In this document: positions 28,273-39,600 of the stretch, piece after piece
Layout: each line of letters begins with the position of its first letter
How positions within the stretch are numbered: position 1 is the first letter of the stretch
Assembly (NCBI GenBank): GCA_963801355.1
Contig: CAWDEM010000008.1
Coordinates: forward strand, 32,001-96,000
Length of the DNA: 64,000 bases
Direction: 5' to 3'
From: Ignavibacteriota bacterium
GTDB lineage: Bacteria > Bacteroidota > Ignavibacteria > UBA10030 > UBA6906
Notes under the pieces: model-generated
Database searches by the model: none
What the model was told of the DNA's origin: nothing
Seen by the model: the letters and a program-made list of their open reading frames with translations, nothing else
Translations under genes and position numbers: made by a program

Positions 28273-28962
28273 ATGAAACCCCTTGTTGCCGAATTCGTGG
28301 GGACGTTTTGGCTTGTGCTGGGAGGATGCGGTAGTGCGGTGCTGGCAGCAGCATTTCCGGAACTGGGTATCGGGTTCGTCGGCGTTGCCCTGGCATTCGG
28401 GCTGACAGTGCTCACCATGGCCTACGCCATCGGCCACATCTCTGGATGCCATCTGAATCCCGCAGTCTCCTTCGGTCTCTGGGCTGGAAAGCGTTTCCCC
28501 GCGAAAAGTCTGGCTGGCTACATCATTGCACAGGTTCTTGGGGGGATCCTTGCCGGAGGAGTCCTGTATCTCATAGCAAGCGGCAGGGCCGGATTTGATG
28601 TCAGCGCCGGGTTCGCGTCAAACGGATACGCTGAGCACTCCCCAGGAGGGTATTCATTGGGTGCCGCTTTTCTCTCGGAAGTTGTCATGACCATGATGTT
28701 CCTCGTCGTCATTATGGGCGCGACTGACAAACGCGCGCCACAGGGTTTTGCGCCTCTTGCCATCGGGTTGTGTCTCACGTTGATTCACCTCATCAGCATC
28801 CCGGTGACAAATACTTCGGTGAACCCTGCGCGTAGCACGGGCGTGGCGCTTTTTGTCGGTGACTGGGCTCTGTTTCAGTTATGGCTTTTCTGGGTGGCGC
28901 CCATCGTGGGAGGCATCCTCGGTGGCATGGTCTATCGCTATCTCGGGAAGGCAGACGACTGA
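28273..28962 (+). CDS. aqpZ: Aquaporin Z
   Basis: [18 protein letters not shown]; two NPA motifs ([17 protein letters not shown]). Confidence 0.96.
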   Translation: MKPLVAEFVGTFWLVLGGCGSAVLAAAFPELGIGFVGVALAFGLTVLTMAYAIGHISGCHLNPAVSFGLWAGKRFPAKSLAGYIIAQVLGGILAGGVLYLIASGRAGFDVSAGFASNGYAEHSPGGYSLGAAFLSEVVMTMMFLVVIMGATDKRAPQGFAPLAIGLCLTLIHLISIPVTNTSVNPARSTGVALFVGDWALFQLWLFWVAPIVGGILGGMVYRYLGKADD

Positions 28963-29185
28963 CATATCGTCTGGGCTCGGATCAGTCCCCCGGTCGATTG
29001 GAGTAGGTCACGTTTGCCGAACTCCGCCCGAAGATAGACACATCGAATCTGTGTCCCGCTCAGCCGGAACAGTGAGTGAGATGTTGATTTGAATACCGAA
29101 AGACAATACGATCGGACGCAAAACAGCAATCAGTCTTTCTGCGACAATGATATTATGCCCTGCGTCGAGAACAAACAGGACGGCA

Positions 29186-29977
29186 CTACTTGAATCTGTT
29201 CACCTGCCTCGCGAGAAGCTTTCGTATCTTGTCGCGCGAAGGAGGGGGGCCTGTTCGCACCTCCTTCCGGTTGATGAACAATGCATCTGAAATGCCCCAC
29301 CGGCGGAACTCGTCACGATCGAATGTATCGGTCTCCCGAAAGACCACCTTGTCCACGAATTGCGGCTCGCTCGTCACGAGCTTTGCTCGCTCAAAGACCA
29401 TATTTTGCGCCGTGCACCACCCGTTGCAGAACGCCGTCACGGTGACCTTGTTCGGCTCGACTGGAGGTTTCGCCTTCTGCCGGACCCATTTTGGAGGAAT
29501 GCCATCGGCGCTGAATGGTTTCCACAGCAGAACCATAATCCCTTCCCGGTCAGCGACCCGGTATCCGTGCCTTTTGAACCAGGAGGCTCGCATCCAGAAG
29601 GGGAGAGCGATACCCCAGGCAGCGATTCCTTTTGCGCCGAGCGATCGCGCATCTGCTTCAGCCGCCAGGAGAAGTGCGCTTCCCATTCCCCTCCGCTGGA
29701 AGTTCCCCCTTCCCTGTTTGTGGCCGTGTACCCAAATGCAATTGATGATGTACAGGTCGACACCTTCCGCAGATGAGTATTCGATGGGGACGTATTGAAT
29801 CATCCCTCCCACGGTGCCTTGATCATCGAGTGCCAGTTTCACGCGGAGTCCCTTGTCTTTCATCCTGTTATACCAGACTTCCTTACGGCAGCCCGCCTCC
29901 TTGACTTCGTCCGACCAATCCTCAAGGCAGACGAGATAAAGAGGTAGATGCTCTTCGTCCAGGTCAATAATTCTCAT
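29186..29977 (-). CDS. GNAT acetyltransferase (YoaP-like) with a C-terminal thioredoxin-like region
   Basis: GMIQYVPIE, INCIWV and QRRGMGSALL acetyl-CoA motif. Confidence 0.82.
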   Translation of the reverse strand: MRIIDLDEEHLPLYLVCLEDWSDEVKEAGCRKEVWYNRMKDKGLRVKLALDDQGTVGGMIQYVPIEYSSAEGVDLYIINCIWVHGHKQGRGNFQRRGMGSALLLAAEADARSLGAKGIAAWGIALPFWMRASWFKRHGYRVADREGIMVLLWKPFSADGIPPKWVRQKAKPPVEPNKVTVTAFCNGWCTAQNMVFERAKLVTSEPQFVDKVVFRETDTFDRDEFRRWGISDALFINRKEVRTGPPPSRDKIRKLLARQVNRFK

Positions 29978-30076
29978 TTCGAAACTCCTTCACAACCCAC
30001 GGTCCACGGATCATCGAACGATTGGACAATTCCTGATCTCCACGTCGAGTTCGACATCTGTACTCTCGTCATTCGC

Positions 30077-30535
30077 TCAACGAGACACGGTGTCTGCTGA
30101 CGCGAGGAAATGCTGTCTCAAATTGGAGAGCGAATTCTGTACAATCTTCTCCCACTGCGGTTTGAGGAACAGGGAATCACACAGCGGACCCAGCAACGGG
30201 ACTGGCAAGCGGCCTTCGACGACATAAGTGAATTCGGTGGCTGAACCAACTGGTGCGAAGATCCACTTGGTTCTATGGGGAATGCCCTTAGTAGCAATTC
30301 CGGTCCAACCTTGGTTTGGCACAAAATCATGGATTTCGGTCTCGACGGTTGTGAAGGTGGTCATGATACTGACCCTGTATGCGTATCGGGCGCCGTTGCC
30401 CTGGACAGTAACAGTGGTGTTCCTGACATCCGAGACACCCTGGAACCACTCGTGCCATTTCCGGAAGTCAGCTGCGTAGTTGAACACTTGTTCAACTGGA
30501 GCCTCTATCGTAATGGTATGTTCGACGCGGATCAT
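30077..30535 (-). CDS. SRPBCC/polyketide cyclase-like protein
   Basis: VEHTITIEAPVEQVFNYAADF...EWF start and amphipathic C-terminal helix. Confidence 0.82.
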   Translation of the reverse strand: MIRVEHTITIEAPVEQVFNYAADFRKWHEWFQGVSDVRNTTVTVQGNGARYAYRVSIMTTFTTVETEIHDFVPNQGWTGIATKGIPHRTKWIFAPVGSATEFTYVVEGRLPVPLLGPLCDSLFLKPQWEKIVQNSLSNLRQHFLASADTVSR

Positions 30536-30747
30536 GAGATGGCCTCCAAAAGAATCAACATAAACAAGACGACTCCAGGCGTCAGCGTTGTCGTCAAAGA
30601 CTTTCGGTTCAAGTAGTTGCTACGTGCCGCTGCCTGCCCCTGTCTCCTTCCCCCCCCCTTCTGGCGCAAGATAACATTTCTTTCTGCAAAAACATCAGCC
30701 GACTTCCGGCGGTCACGTCACGAAGCAGTGAGTTTGGGTTCTTCTTC

Positions 30748-30843
30748 CTCACCGTCGGCAGATTGTAGGCGATGTGTGTCACTCGATGCTCTCCATGTAA
30801 TTCAAATCAGCAAAACTGCCCTCATTCGCGCAATTCCGAGATT
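30748..30843 (+). repeat. Dispersed non-coding repeat R2 (att-arm-like)
   Basis: Aligns to 4569-4662 with a short insertion. Confidence 0.8.
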
Positions 30844-30913
30844 GACTCGATCTTTCGATCTTTGACAATCCGATCTTTGACACAGAACTTGGGTATCGAT
30901 TTCAATTGAAATT

Positions 30914-30951
30914 GGTTATTTTGCACACGGATGGAGTTATGAAGAGTGACG
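30914..30951 (+). repeat. Type B transposon-end-like repeat just upstream of the GH127-like gene
   Basis: GGTTATTTTGCACACGGATGGAGTTATGAAGAGTGACG. Confidence 0.65.
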
Positions 30952-30983
30952 CTTAAAACTGTGGCGATTCGGAGAGCCAAACT

Positions 30984-32798
30984 ATGAGCCTTTCGAGACG
31001 CGATTTCATCAAGGGCGCTTCATCAGTTGTCCTTTCCGGCACCGTGGCGCCGCTCTGGTCTAAAAATCACTCTCGCCCACAGCCACAGGAGAGCGGGGGA
31101 AAACTCGCGGCCAGGCCGGCTTCTTTTTCTCTCGAGAGTTATGCCGCAAACTCCCTCAACTACCTTGAACGTCTTGTCGATGCGGATGGACTTCCATATT
31201 TCAACGTGTTTTGGACTCAGCCCGCTGAAGCCGTCCACGACTGGCCGGATTTCGGCGACGTGATGACTCGGCAATGGCAGGGCGCCGTCATGCTCCGCCG
31301 GATGACCGGCCGGGAAGCCGCCACCGAAAAAGTCTGGCGGCGTAAGGTCCTATCTTTGATTGACCCCTCCGACGCACTCCTCCATCGCCCCACGACCACT
31401 TACAGCAAGCCGGTCGCGGATTGGGGAGACGCCTCCTTGACCCTTTATGCACTGGTTACGGCCGCCGTCGAGAGCGGCGATGATATCCTGCGGCAGGCGG
31501 CACAGAAGATGGCCGAGGGGATGTTGGATGGGCTGCGCTCCGGCCGCTTTTCTGGGAATGGCTTCGCGATCAAGAGTTTCATGGTCGCAGCGCGGCTGCT
31601 CGGATGCGAAGCGGGTTTGGAGGCGGCCCGGATTCTTGTCGACCGCTCGATCGTCCACGGCCACACTTTCACTCTGGACAACACGTTTGGCCTGTCTGGT
31701 CACATGCACAGCAACCTGAGGACAATGGTCGGGGCCGCCGACTATGCTTTGACAACCGGAGACCCCGTCCTGTACAGCCGTATCGACGCCCTTTATCGGT
31801 ACGTCAAGACGACCGGCACGAGCTTCGGCTTCCTGCCCGAGGTCATCGGACGACAGGGCGACATTATTGCCTGCGAGACGTGCGCCCTGATGGATTTCGC
31901 GGGCGTGGGTGTCACTCTCGCCAATCATGGACATCCTGAGTATTGGGGCGACATGGAGCGTCTGGTGCGGAACCATTATGTGGAGAGTCAGGTTCGGGAC
32001 GCCTCGTGGTTGGAGTCCGACACCGCTCGCCCTGACACGGCGCAGTTTACCTACCGCGGCATCGGCCAACGCATCCTGGGCGCCTGGGCCGGATGGAGCT
32101 CGCCGAATCATATCCTGGCCTGCCGCGAAACACTGAACGCGCACTGGGGCGGCCCGGAGCTGAAGAACAAGGTGCGGGTTCTCCAGAACTGCTGCGGGGG
32201 CTCTGGCCTGCATGGGCTTTTCATTTTATGGAAGAACGCCGCACGGTTCGAGGCCGGAACCCTGTCTGTCAATATGCATATTGACAAGAAACTGCCCCAG
32301 GCGGAGATTCGCAGCGAACAGCCATACCGCGGCCTCCTGCGAATCACCCTGAAAGAGGACAGCGGAGTGAGAGTTCGCGTCCCCGAGTTCACCAGTGCTG
32401 CCGAGATGAGAGTCCGTGTGAACGGGGCGGATGTGACAAACGCCGCGCCGGCGTTCGGGAATTATCGCGAACTGAGACAGCTTCGCGCCGGAGATCGGAT
32501 CGAAGTGGCATACCCTCTGCCGATCAGGACGGAAGATATCGTGGTCGGCAACCCGGGGTTTAGGCAATGGCGGTATCGAGCCACATGGAAGGGCGACACT
32601 GTGGTCCGCATGGAGCCGGTCGATAACGACGTAGAAACGGCTTACTCCGATTTTGACAAGGCTCAAGTGGGGGTTTTCTATGGCCGGAACGGCCCCGGCC
32701 AACTCTACCAGCGCGATCAAATGCTTCAGGAGGTTGAACCTTCCGAAGCGGAACTCCAGCTGGACGATGGCGGGCCAGATTTCTGGAAAATCAAGTAG
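30984..32798 (+). CDS. Tat-exported GH127/GH146-like (beta-L-arabinofuranosidase-like) protein
   Basis: SRRDFIK signal; ACETCA and QNCCGGSG Cys/Glu motifs; C-terminal VRVPE...GDRIEV beta domain. Confidence 0.75.
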   Translation: MSLSRRDFIKGASSVVLSGTVAPLWSKNHSRPQPQESGGKLAARPASFSLESYAANSLNYLERLVDADGLPYFNVFWTQPAEAVHDWPDFGDVMTRQWQGAVMLRRMTGREAATEKVWRRKVLSLIDPSDALLHRPTTTYSKPVADWGDASLTLYALVTAAVESGDDILRQAAQKMAEGMLDGLRSGRFSGNGFAIKSFMVAARLLGCEAGLEAARILVDRSIVHGHTFTLDNTFGLSGHMHSNLRTMVGAADYALTTGDPVLYSRIDALYRYVKTTGTSFGFLPEVIGRQGDIIACETCALMDFAGVGVTLANHGHPEYWGDMERLVRNHYVESQVRDASWLESDTARPDTAQFTYRGIGQRILGAWAGWSSPNHILACRETLNAHWGGPELKNKVRVLQNCCGGSGLHGLFILWKNAARFEAGTLSVNMHIDKKLPQAEIRSEQPYRGLLRITLKEDSGVRVRVPEFTSAAEMRVRVNGADVTNAAPAFGNYRELRQLRAGDRIEVAYPLPIRTEDIVVGNPGFRQWRYRATWKGDTVVRMEPVDNDVETAYSDFDKAQVGVFYGRNGPGQLYQRDQMLQEVEPSEAELQLDDGGPDFWKIK

Positions 32799-32810
32799 TC
32801 CGAGACGCTA

Positions 32811-32836
32811 CGGCCCGATGGATTTCCACCGGGCCG
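32811..32836. terminator. Hairpin between convergent genes
   Basis: CGGCCCGATGG-ATTT-CCACCGGGCCG. Confidence 0.45.
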
Positions 32837-32858
32837 CAGCGCTGATTGTCCTCAAGCC

Positions 32859-35066
32859 TCAGCGCAGCAAGATCAACTTCTTCGTATCCACAAAGGCGCC
32901 TGCTGTCATGCGGCACAGATACACGCCGCTCGCGAGGCCTGTTGCGTCAAACGTCACTTGATGGGTCCCTGGTTCTTTCCTCTCATCGACCAGCACCGCT
33001 ACTTCCCGGCCGAGAAGGTCGTAGACGGCAAGCCGCACCTCGCTGACCACTGGTAACAGGTAGCCGACAACTGTTTTCGGATTAAACGGATTGGGATAGT
33101 TTTGCGAAAGTGCGTATTCTGACGGTACAACTGTTCCCCCGGGTTCTACCCCCACGCTTGTTGTCTGGAGGGTATATTCCTCCACCGTTGAACAAGGCAC
33201 CCAAGGGTAGCCCTGCGCCACCGACCCCCCAATGGCATAGACCTTACCGTTCACCACGCTGGTGGAAAGCAAGCCCCGTGCCGTCGGCATGTCGGCTAGC
33301 CCAGTCCAGAAGTCCGTCGTCGGGCTATACACTTCAACGGTCGAAAGAACAGGGGCGCTCACTCCACTCCCTGAATAGCCCCCAAAGGCATAGATCTTCC
33401 CGTTTACCACGCTGGTGGATAATCCTTTTCTTGCTGTTGGCATGGGGGCTTTCGCAGTCCATTTATCCGTGGCCGGGTCGTACGCTTCCACGACGCCAAT
33501 GCCTGCCACATCCATAGTACCAGAGCCACCCCCGAGTGCATAGATCTTCCCGTCCAGCACGCTGGTGGAAAGCCCGCCTCTTACTGTCGGCATCGGGGCT
33601 TTCGTGGTCCATTTATCCGTGGTCGGGTCGAATTCTTCCACGGTTGACACGTCCCACGTACCAACGCGACCACCCCCAATGGCATAGATCCTTCCATTCA
33701 CCACGCTGCTGGATAAACTGTGTCTTGCGGTTGCCATGGGGGCTTTCGTGGTCCACGTATTCGTCGCCGGGTCGTACGCTTCTACAGTCGCAACTTGTTG
33801 GTTCGCCTGTGGTGCACCCCCGATGGCATAAATCTTCCCATCAACCACGCTAGTGGAATGAAAGAACCTGGCGGTTGGCATCGGGGCTTTCGTGGTCCAT
33901 ACATCCCTGGCCGGGTCGTACTCTTCCACCGTAGAAAGAGTCGTCATACTCGTACCAGCTGCACCGCCGATGGCATAAATCTTCCCATTCACCTCGCTGG
34001 TGGATAAACCGTATCTTGCGGTAGGCATTTTGGTCTTCGTTGTCCAGAAGTCTTCTTTGACCAAATATTCCTCCACCGTGGAAAACATCGTAGGCTGAGG
34101 GTATGGATTCGACCCACCTATCGCATAGATCTTATTATGGATCGAACCCACAAAGAGCCCAAGCCGTTCCTTCCGCATTGGAGATTTTGTGGTCCATGTA
34201 TTTTTGGCTGGATCGTAGACTTCATTGATTGTACACGCACCCGTAGTTGAACAACCGCCAATGGCATAGATTGTTCCATCCACCACACAGGTACCTAGAC
34301 CGAAGCGCTGCGTCGGCATGTCAGATACGGCTCTCCAAGAATTCGTTACCGGATTGTACATCTCAACGACTTTGTAGGGCTGATAGCTGGCATCACATCC
34401 TCCAATGGCATAGATCTTCCCATTCACGACGGAGGCAGACAAGCCAAATCGAGCTGTCGGCATGCTGGCCTTCGACGTCCACGATTGCGTATAAGGGTTA
34501 TAGGCCATTACCGTTTGACTCGGTGGACCTGGCGCTACGGTACATCCACCAATGAGATAGATCTGGCTATCGACAACTGCTATGCCACACCACGCATTGA
34601 TATATGGCATATCAGCTTTCTGCGTCCAAGTGCCCATCGTTGGATCATATACATAGACCCTCTTCGTAGCCGTCGACTGCACAGTGGGGTTGATACCTCC
34701 AAATACGTACATCTTGCCGTTGAATGTGCAGGCTGCAGGAATACAGAGTCTGGATGGCAGAGTATCTTTCTTGGTCCACGTATCACCCGTTGGATCATAC
34801 ATTTCCAAAGCTGGTGTCAGGTCTGTTTCATTCAGAGCTCCGCCGACAACGTATATTTTTCCATCAATGACACATCCACCAGGCAGTGTTCTTGCGGTTG
34901 GCATGCTGGCTTTCGTTGTCCAGGTGTCGACTGTGGTAATCATGTGCGACAACGGCCGTCTCCAATTGTCGCCGGTAGGAGTCCCGGCATAGAGATACGG
35001 GCCGAGGACGGCGAGAGTGCACAGCAGAATAACGGCAACTGCGAGACATACGAACCAGGTTCTCAT
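32859..35066 (-). CDS. Double Kelch beta-propeller protein (about 12 repeats) with T9SS C-terminal domain
   Basis: Repeated MPTAR...VVNGKIYAIGG...YDP...WT; QNYPNPFNPKT. Confidence 0.92.
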   Translation of the reverse strand: MRTWFVCLAVAVILLCTLAVLGPYLYAGTPTGDNWRRPLSHMITTVDTWTTKASMPTARTLPGGCVIDGKIYVVGGALNETDLTPALEMYDPTGDTWTKKDTLPSRLCIPAACTFNGKMYVFGGINPTVQSTATKRVYVYDPTMGTWTQKADMPYINAWCGIAVVDSQIYLIGGCTVAPGPPSQTVMAYNPYTQSWTSKASMPTARFGLSASVVNGKIYAIGGCDASYQPYKVVEMYNPVTNSWRAVSDMPTQRFGLGTCVVDGTIYAIGGCSTTGACTINEVYDPAKNTWTTKSPMRKERLGLFVGSIHNKIYAIGGSNPYPQPTMFSTVEEYLVKEDFWTTKTKMPTARYGLSTSEVNGKIYAIGGAAGTSMTTLSTVEEYDPARDVWTTKAPMPTARFFHSTSVVDGKIYAIGGAPQANQQVATVEAYDPATNTWTTKAPMATARHSLSSSVVNGRIYAIGGGRVGTWDVSTVEEFDPTTDKWTTKAPMPTVRGGLSTSVLDGKIYALGGGSGTMDVAGIGVVEAYDPATDKWTAKAPMPTARKGLSTSVVNGKIYAFGGYSGSGVSAPVLSTVEVYSPTTDFWTGLADMPTARGLLSTSVVNGKVYAIGGSVAQGYPWVPCSTVEEYTLQTTSVGVEPGGTVVPSEYALSQNYPNPFNPKTVVGYLLPVVSEVRLAVYDLLGREVAVLVDERKEPGTHQVTFDATGLASGVYLCRMTAGAFVDTKKLILLR

Positions 35067-35198
35067 CTTGCCCTCCTCTCAATGCGACGACTGTAGGAAT
35101 TTCGGTGGCTCTTCGGCTCCCACATCGAGCCATTGAGTTTGATGCCGACAAAAAATTAGCGTACTTCGAGGCTCGCCAGCCAAGAGGGCAAGTCCGGG

Positions 35199-35768
35199 CT
35201 AGTGAGATTGTATGTATCCTTCGTATTCGCCATAGGGCGGATCTGCTGACGCATGATATATCCCCGTCATGACGAACTTCATTCCGTCAATTGTTCCGCC
35301 AGTCCCATGACCAATTATCTTCAAATTGTGCGTGAACTCTTCCGGACCCGTCATGGTCCTGTATCCTTCCCACGAGCCCGCCCATACTCCGCCGATGGCC
35401 GGCCTCAACGTGAATTTCCCATGCAGCGGGCCTTCCCCCGTAGTGAGACTCCATGAACAATCGCAAATGTTGTGCAATAAGCCCGCCATGCGTGGGTCGC
35501 TAGCTAACTCCTCGACTTCAACCTCCATCCCGCTGATAATCAACCTGTTCCCCACAAACTTCCAATCGCCGGGGCTAATTTCAACGGCCGTGACCTTATT
35601 ATCAATTGCTGTGAAGTCTGTCCGCTCCACCTTTTCCAGGGGAGCAGGCGCGCTTTGAAGTCCGGCCTGGTCAGTCGGCCCAGCAACAGGAGCCGAACTA
35701 TCCGAACATCCCAACATCACAAACGCCATACTTGCCATCAGGAAGAAAGCAATAGACAGAGCTTTCAT
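35199..35768 (-). CDS. Hypothetical lipoprotein
   Basis: MKALSIAFFLMASMAFVMLGC lipobox; AGGG-type ribosome-binding site upstream. Confidence 0.75.
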   Translation of the reverse strand: MKALSIAFFLMASMAFVMLGCSDSSAPVAGPTDQAGLQSAPAPLEKVERTDFTAIDNKVTAVEISPGDWKFVGNRLIISGMEVEVEELASDPRMAGLLHNICDCSWSLTTGEGPLHGKFTLRPAIGGVWAGSWEGYRTMTGPEEFTHNLKIIGHGTGGTIDGMKFVMTGIYHASADPPYGEYEGYIQSH

Positions 35769-36017
35769 GATTTTGCCCTTTCTGATAATGAGTGAGTAGA
35801 AGTACAAGCAACACGTGGACGTGAGACTTCGCCGTGGCTCCATGCTGTGCGATTGGTGGAGCCCAATATAATGGCAAAGATCAACTAGGGAAATCGGTCT
35901 TTTTCGGTAATCTCTTGGAGAAACGCACGCGTAGGGGGAGAAAGATCAGCAGAAGTGCGTACAGTAGCAGCTGAATTAATCGCTCACGTGCTGGAGCAAT
36001 GGAGCAGAGAGAGCAGC

Positions 36018-36644
36018 CTATTTCCGTAAGAACTTCAGCACAGCCTGGGTGCGGGACCGGACGTGAAGCTTCTGGTAAATGTTTCTGAGGTGGGTTCGAA
36101 CTGTCTTGACACTGATGAAGAACTGGTCGGCAATTTCCTGGTCTTGGTATCCCTTGGCAAGGAACGAGAGAATCTCCATCTCCCGCTCGGTGAGATTCTC
36201 CGTCTCTTTGGAAGACTTACCCATCTCCTGAAAAGCCTGCACCACTTTGCGGGCGATTTGGTCAGACATCGGGGAACCGCCTTCATGGATATCCTTGATC
36301 GCCCCGAGCAATTCTGCCGCCGGTGTCCTTTTGAGGATATACCCTGTAGCTCCGGCAACAATGGACTTGAACACCTTCTCATCATCCTCAAAGACGGTCA
36401 GCATCATGACCTGAAGATTCGGGTTTTTCTCCTTGAGTTTCTCTACACACTCGATGCCAGACATCCTTGGGAGCTGGATGTCCATCAACACGACATCGGG
36501 GCTGTATGACGGGAGATGACGCAGGGCTTCCTCCGCGCTCTCGTAGGCCGCCGTGCATTGAAATCCCTCCGAGCCGTCAATGAGTATTGCCAGACCCTCC
36601 CGAATCTTCTTGTTGTCTTCAACGATTGCGACTTTAATAGGCAT
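36018..36644 (-). CDS. NarL/LuxR-family response regulator
   Basis: IVEDN, LMDIQLP, GATGYILK; LTEREMEIL...TVRTHLRNIYQKL. Confidence 0.95.
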   Translation of the reverse strand: MPIKVAIVEDNKKIREGLAILIDGSEGFQCTAAYESAEEALRHLPSYSPDVVLMDIQLPRMSGIECVEKLKEKNPNLQVMMLTVFEDDEKVFKSIVAGATGYILKRTPAAELLGAIKDIHEGGSPMSDQIARKVVQAFQEMGKSSKETENLTEREMEILSFLAKGYQDQEIADQFFISVKTVRTHLRNIYQKLHVRSRTQAVLKFLRK

Positions 36645-36675
36645 GGATTGAGTGTACCTACGTACACTGTCAGAT

Positions 36676-39600
36676 TCAATACTTAGAATTAGGTAAATCG
36701 GTCGGCCTATGGCTCCTCAGTGTCGCCTGAATTGCAAGCAGCGTTCCACAACCGGGCGTGGAATCTATCCTGAGAGTCGCTCCCACATCTGCGATCCGCT
36801 TGTTCATGCTCCTCAAGCCGTTTCCTGTCCCGAGTCGATCATTGAGAACAAACCCTTTCCCATTATCGGAGACAAGAATTTCCAGGTTGTCTTCCATACA
36901 CTTCACAGCGATCGAGACTTCCGTGGCCGCAGAGTGTTTGACGATATTGTGAAGAGCTTCCTTGACTGCAAGGAAGAGATTCCGGCGTAGCTCAGCGCGG
37001 AGTGGGAGGTCGGGAACAACGTCAGGGGCTGCAAACCTGCAGGATATGTTGGCCAGGCCCAGGTATTTGACCGCATCCCTTCGCACGCGAGCGACGAAGC
37101 TGTCGAGTGTGTCGTTGCTCGGATTCAGTGCCCAGACAATCTCGCTGACGCTGTCGATCACCTCCGCTGCGCGTTCGGAGATCTGCTGAATATACATTTC
37201 CGCTTCCTCGGGCTTCTTTCTCGCCAACTCACCCAGTATGGAAATCTCTGATAAACTGGACCCAACCTCATCGTGCATGTCTTGAGAAATGCGGGCACGT
37301 TCGTTCTCCAACGCTCGCGCCAACTCCAACCGTTCGATTCTTCTCATCAGCTTTCTCTTCTCAACGTACCGGACTGTTTCAGCGGCAATGCCAAGCAGAA
37401 GCATCATCGCAGGTATCCGGAACCACCATGTTACCCAGAACGGCGGCGAGATAATGACAGCAATGGAAGCCCCTTCTTCGTTCCAGACACCATCGTTGTT
37501 GGATCCCTTAACGCGAAAAACATATTCTCCGCCATCGAGGTTTGTGTACGTTGCCGATCGGCGCGTACCGCAGTACACCCACTCTCTGTCAAATCCCTCA
37601 AGCATGTAAGCATACTCGTTCTTTTCGGGGCGTAAAAAGTCCAATGCAGCAAACTCAAAGGAGAAGACGTTTTCCTTGTACGATACTTCGATCGCACCGG
37701 ACCGGCCGATGGCTTGACGGATGTCCACCGGATTGTCGAATTTCCTGAAGCCTGTGATGACAATCGGTGGAACGTGAGTGTTCTCCTTGACGCTATCAGG
37801 GTGGAACATGGTGAAACCACTGGTGCCGCCGAAGCAAAGTTCGCCACTTCTGAGTTTGGCATGGCAACCATAAGAGAACCGGATTCCCAGCAAACCGTCT
37901 CCGGCATCATAATTGTTGAAATGTTTTGTTCGAGGATCAAATCGGGAAAGACCCATGCCGGTGGCGATCCAAAACCGTCCATGGTCGTCTTCTTCCATAC
38001 ACCAAACAAGATCATTCGCCAGGCCGTCCCTGGTCGTGAAGTGAACGAATGTTCTGGTTTTCGGCTCAAAGCTCCAGAGACCGCCCTGAGTTGCCAGCCA
38101 GACTGTGCCGGAGTGATCTTGGTGGGTCTGCATGATATTATTGCTTCGACTCGTGTATTGCGTGTCGGGGAAGAATTGTTGGAATTCCCCACGCTTCATG
38201 TCAAATCTCGTGAACCCATGATCAGTTGCGATCCATAGGAGTTCTTCGTCCCGACGGGAAGTATTTACCTCGAAATCCCAGACTACATTACCGATCATGC
38301 CATTAGGATTATCGGGATCCCGAAAGAAATGTGTAAGCTGATCCGTTCGGGGATTGAATCTCTTCAATCCCGCACTATATGTGCCAAACCACAACATTCC
38401 TGATCCATCCTCATAGATTGTGCGGATGCGTGTGTCACTTATGGTCTTCGGATAGTGCTGAAATGTCTGACTTCCAGGGGGAAGCTTGTCAAGACTTCCT
38501 CCCAACGTGCCGATCCACAGCGAACCCGATCCACTCTCACAGAGACCAGTGACGTAATCACTGCTAATGCTATTAAGGTCTCTCGGACTATGCAGGAAAT
38601 GTTCGAACACTGCGGTCGCTGGATCGAAGCGGTTAAGTCCACCGCCTAAAGTGGCGACCCATAGATTCCCCTTGCGATCCTCCTTGATCGATCCAATATA
38701 ATTGTTACTCAGGCTCCGCCGATCGTCAGGGTCATGAGAGAAGTTTCGAAAGATGTTCATTTCCGCAACATACCTGTCAAGGCCAACTGCAGTTCCGACC
38801 CACACCGTCCCGGATTGATCTTCACAAAGAGAAGTGACGTTATCACTGCTCAGGGTTACGGGGTCCTTAGGGTTGTTCACATGATGCTCGAACTTCCTTT
38901 CCTGCGAGCGCCGTCTATCGAGGCCTCCGTTAAATGTCGCGATCCACAGATCGCCTGATCGATCAACAAGCAGCTGATTCACGGCGTTGTTGCTCAGGCT
39001 TGTGGGATCCCATGGCCGGTGGACGAATGTCTCGAATGTCTTCGTCATCGGATCGAACTTCTTGACGCCGGCAACGAACGTGCCAACCCAGATATTCCCG
39101 GAATGATCTTCACAAAGAGTCCTCACTCCGTCGGGATCAAGAATGCTTGTATCTGTGCGAGCACTTTGATAGCAATCCCATTCGTTCGTGACAGGATCAA
39201 TCCTGTGCAACCAACCACCTCGTGTGCCAATCCAGAGAACCCCTTTGTGATCCCGAATAATGGCGCGCACCCTGTTGTCGCGCAACGTCTTTTTCCTTAC
39301 CGTCAGCCGACTCGTATCAAGCACGAGCCGCGTGAAAGTATTGTCATGTGCGTTGAACTTGTTCAGGCCAGCACTCCTCGTTCCAACCCACAACTCACCC
39401 TTGCCATCCTCACCTATGGCAGTGATGGAATCGGAACTGATGCTGTGCTCGTCATGAGCACTGTGGACATATCGCGTGAACTTCTCCGTCTTCGAATCGA
39501 ATCTGTTCAACCCCGCATATGTCCCGACCCACAAATCCCCATAGTGATCCTCAAAGAGGGCTCTCACGTCGTTGTTAATCAAACTCGCTTCATCTTCGGG

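Noticed and set aside
33170-34050. CRISPR-like regularly spaced repeats
   Set aside because: The units are in-frame Kelch coding repeats of about 150 bp, and no cas genes are present.
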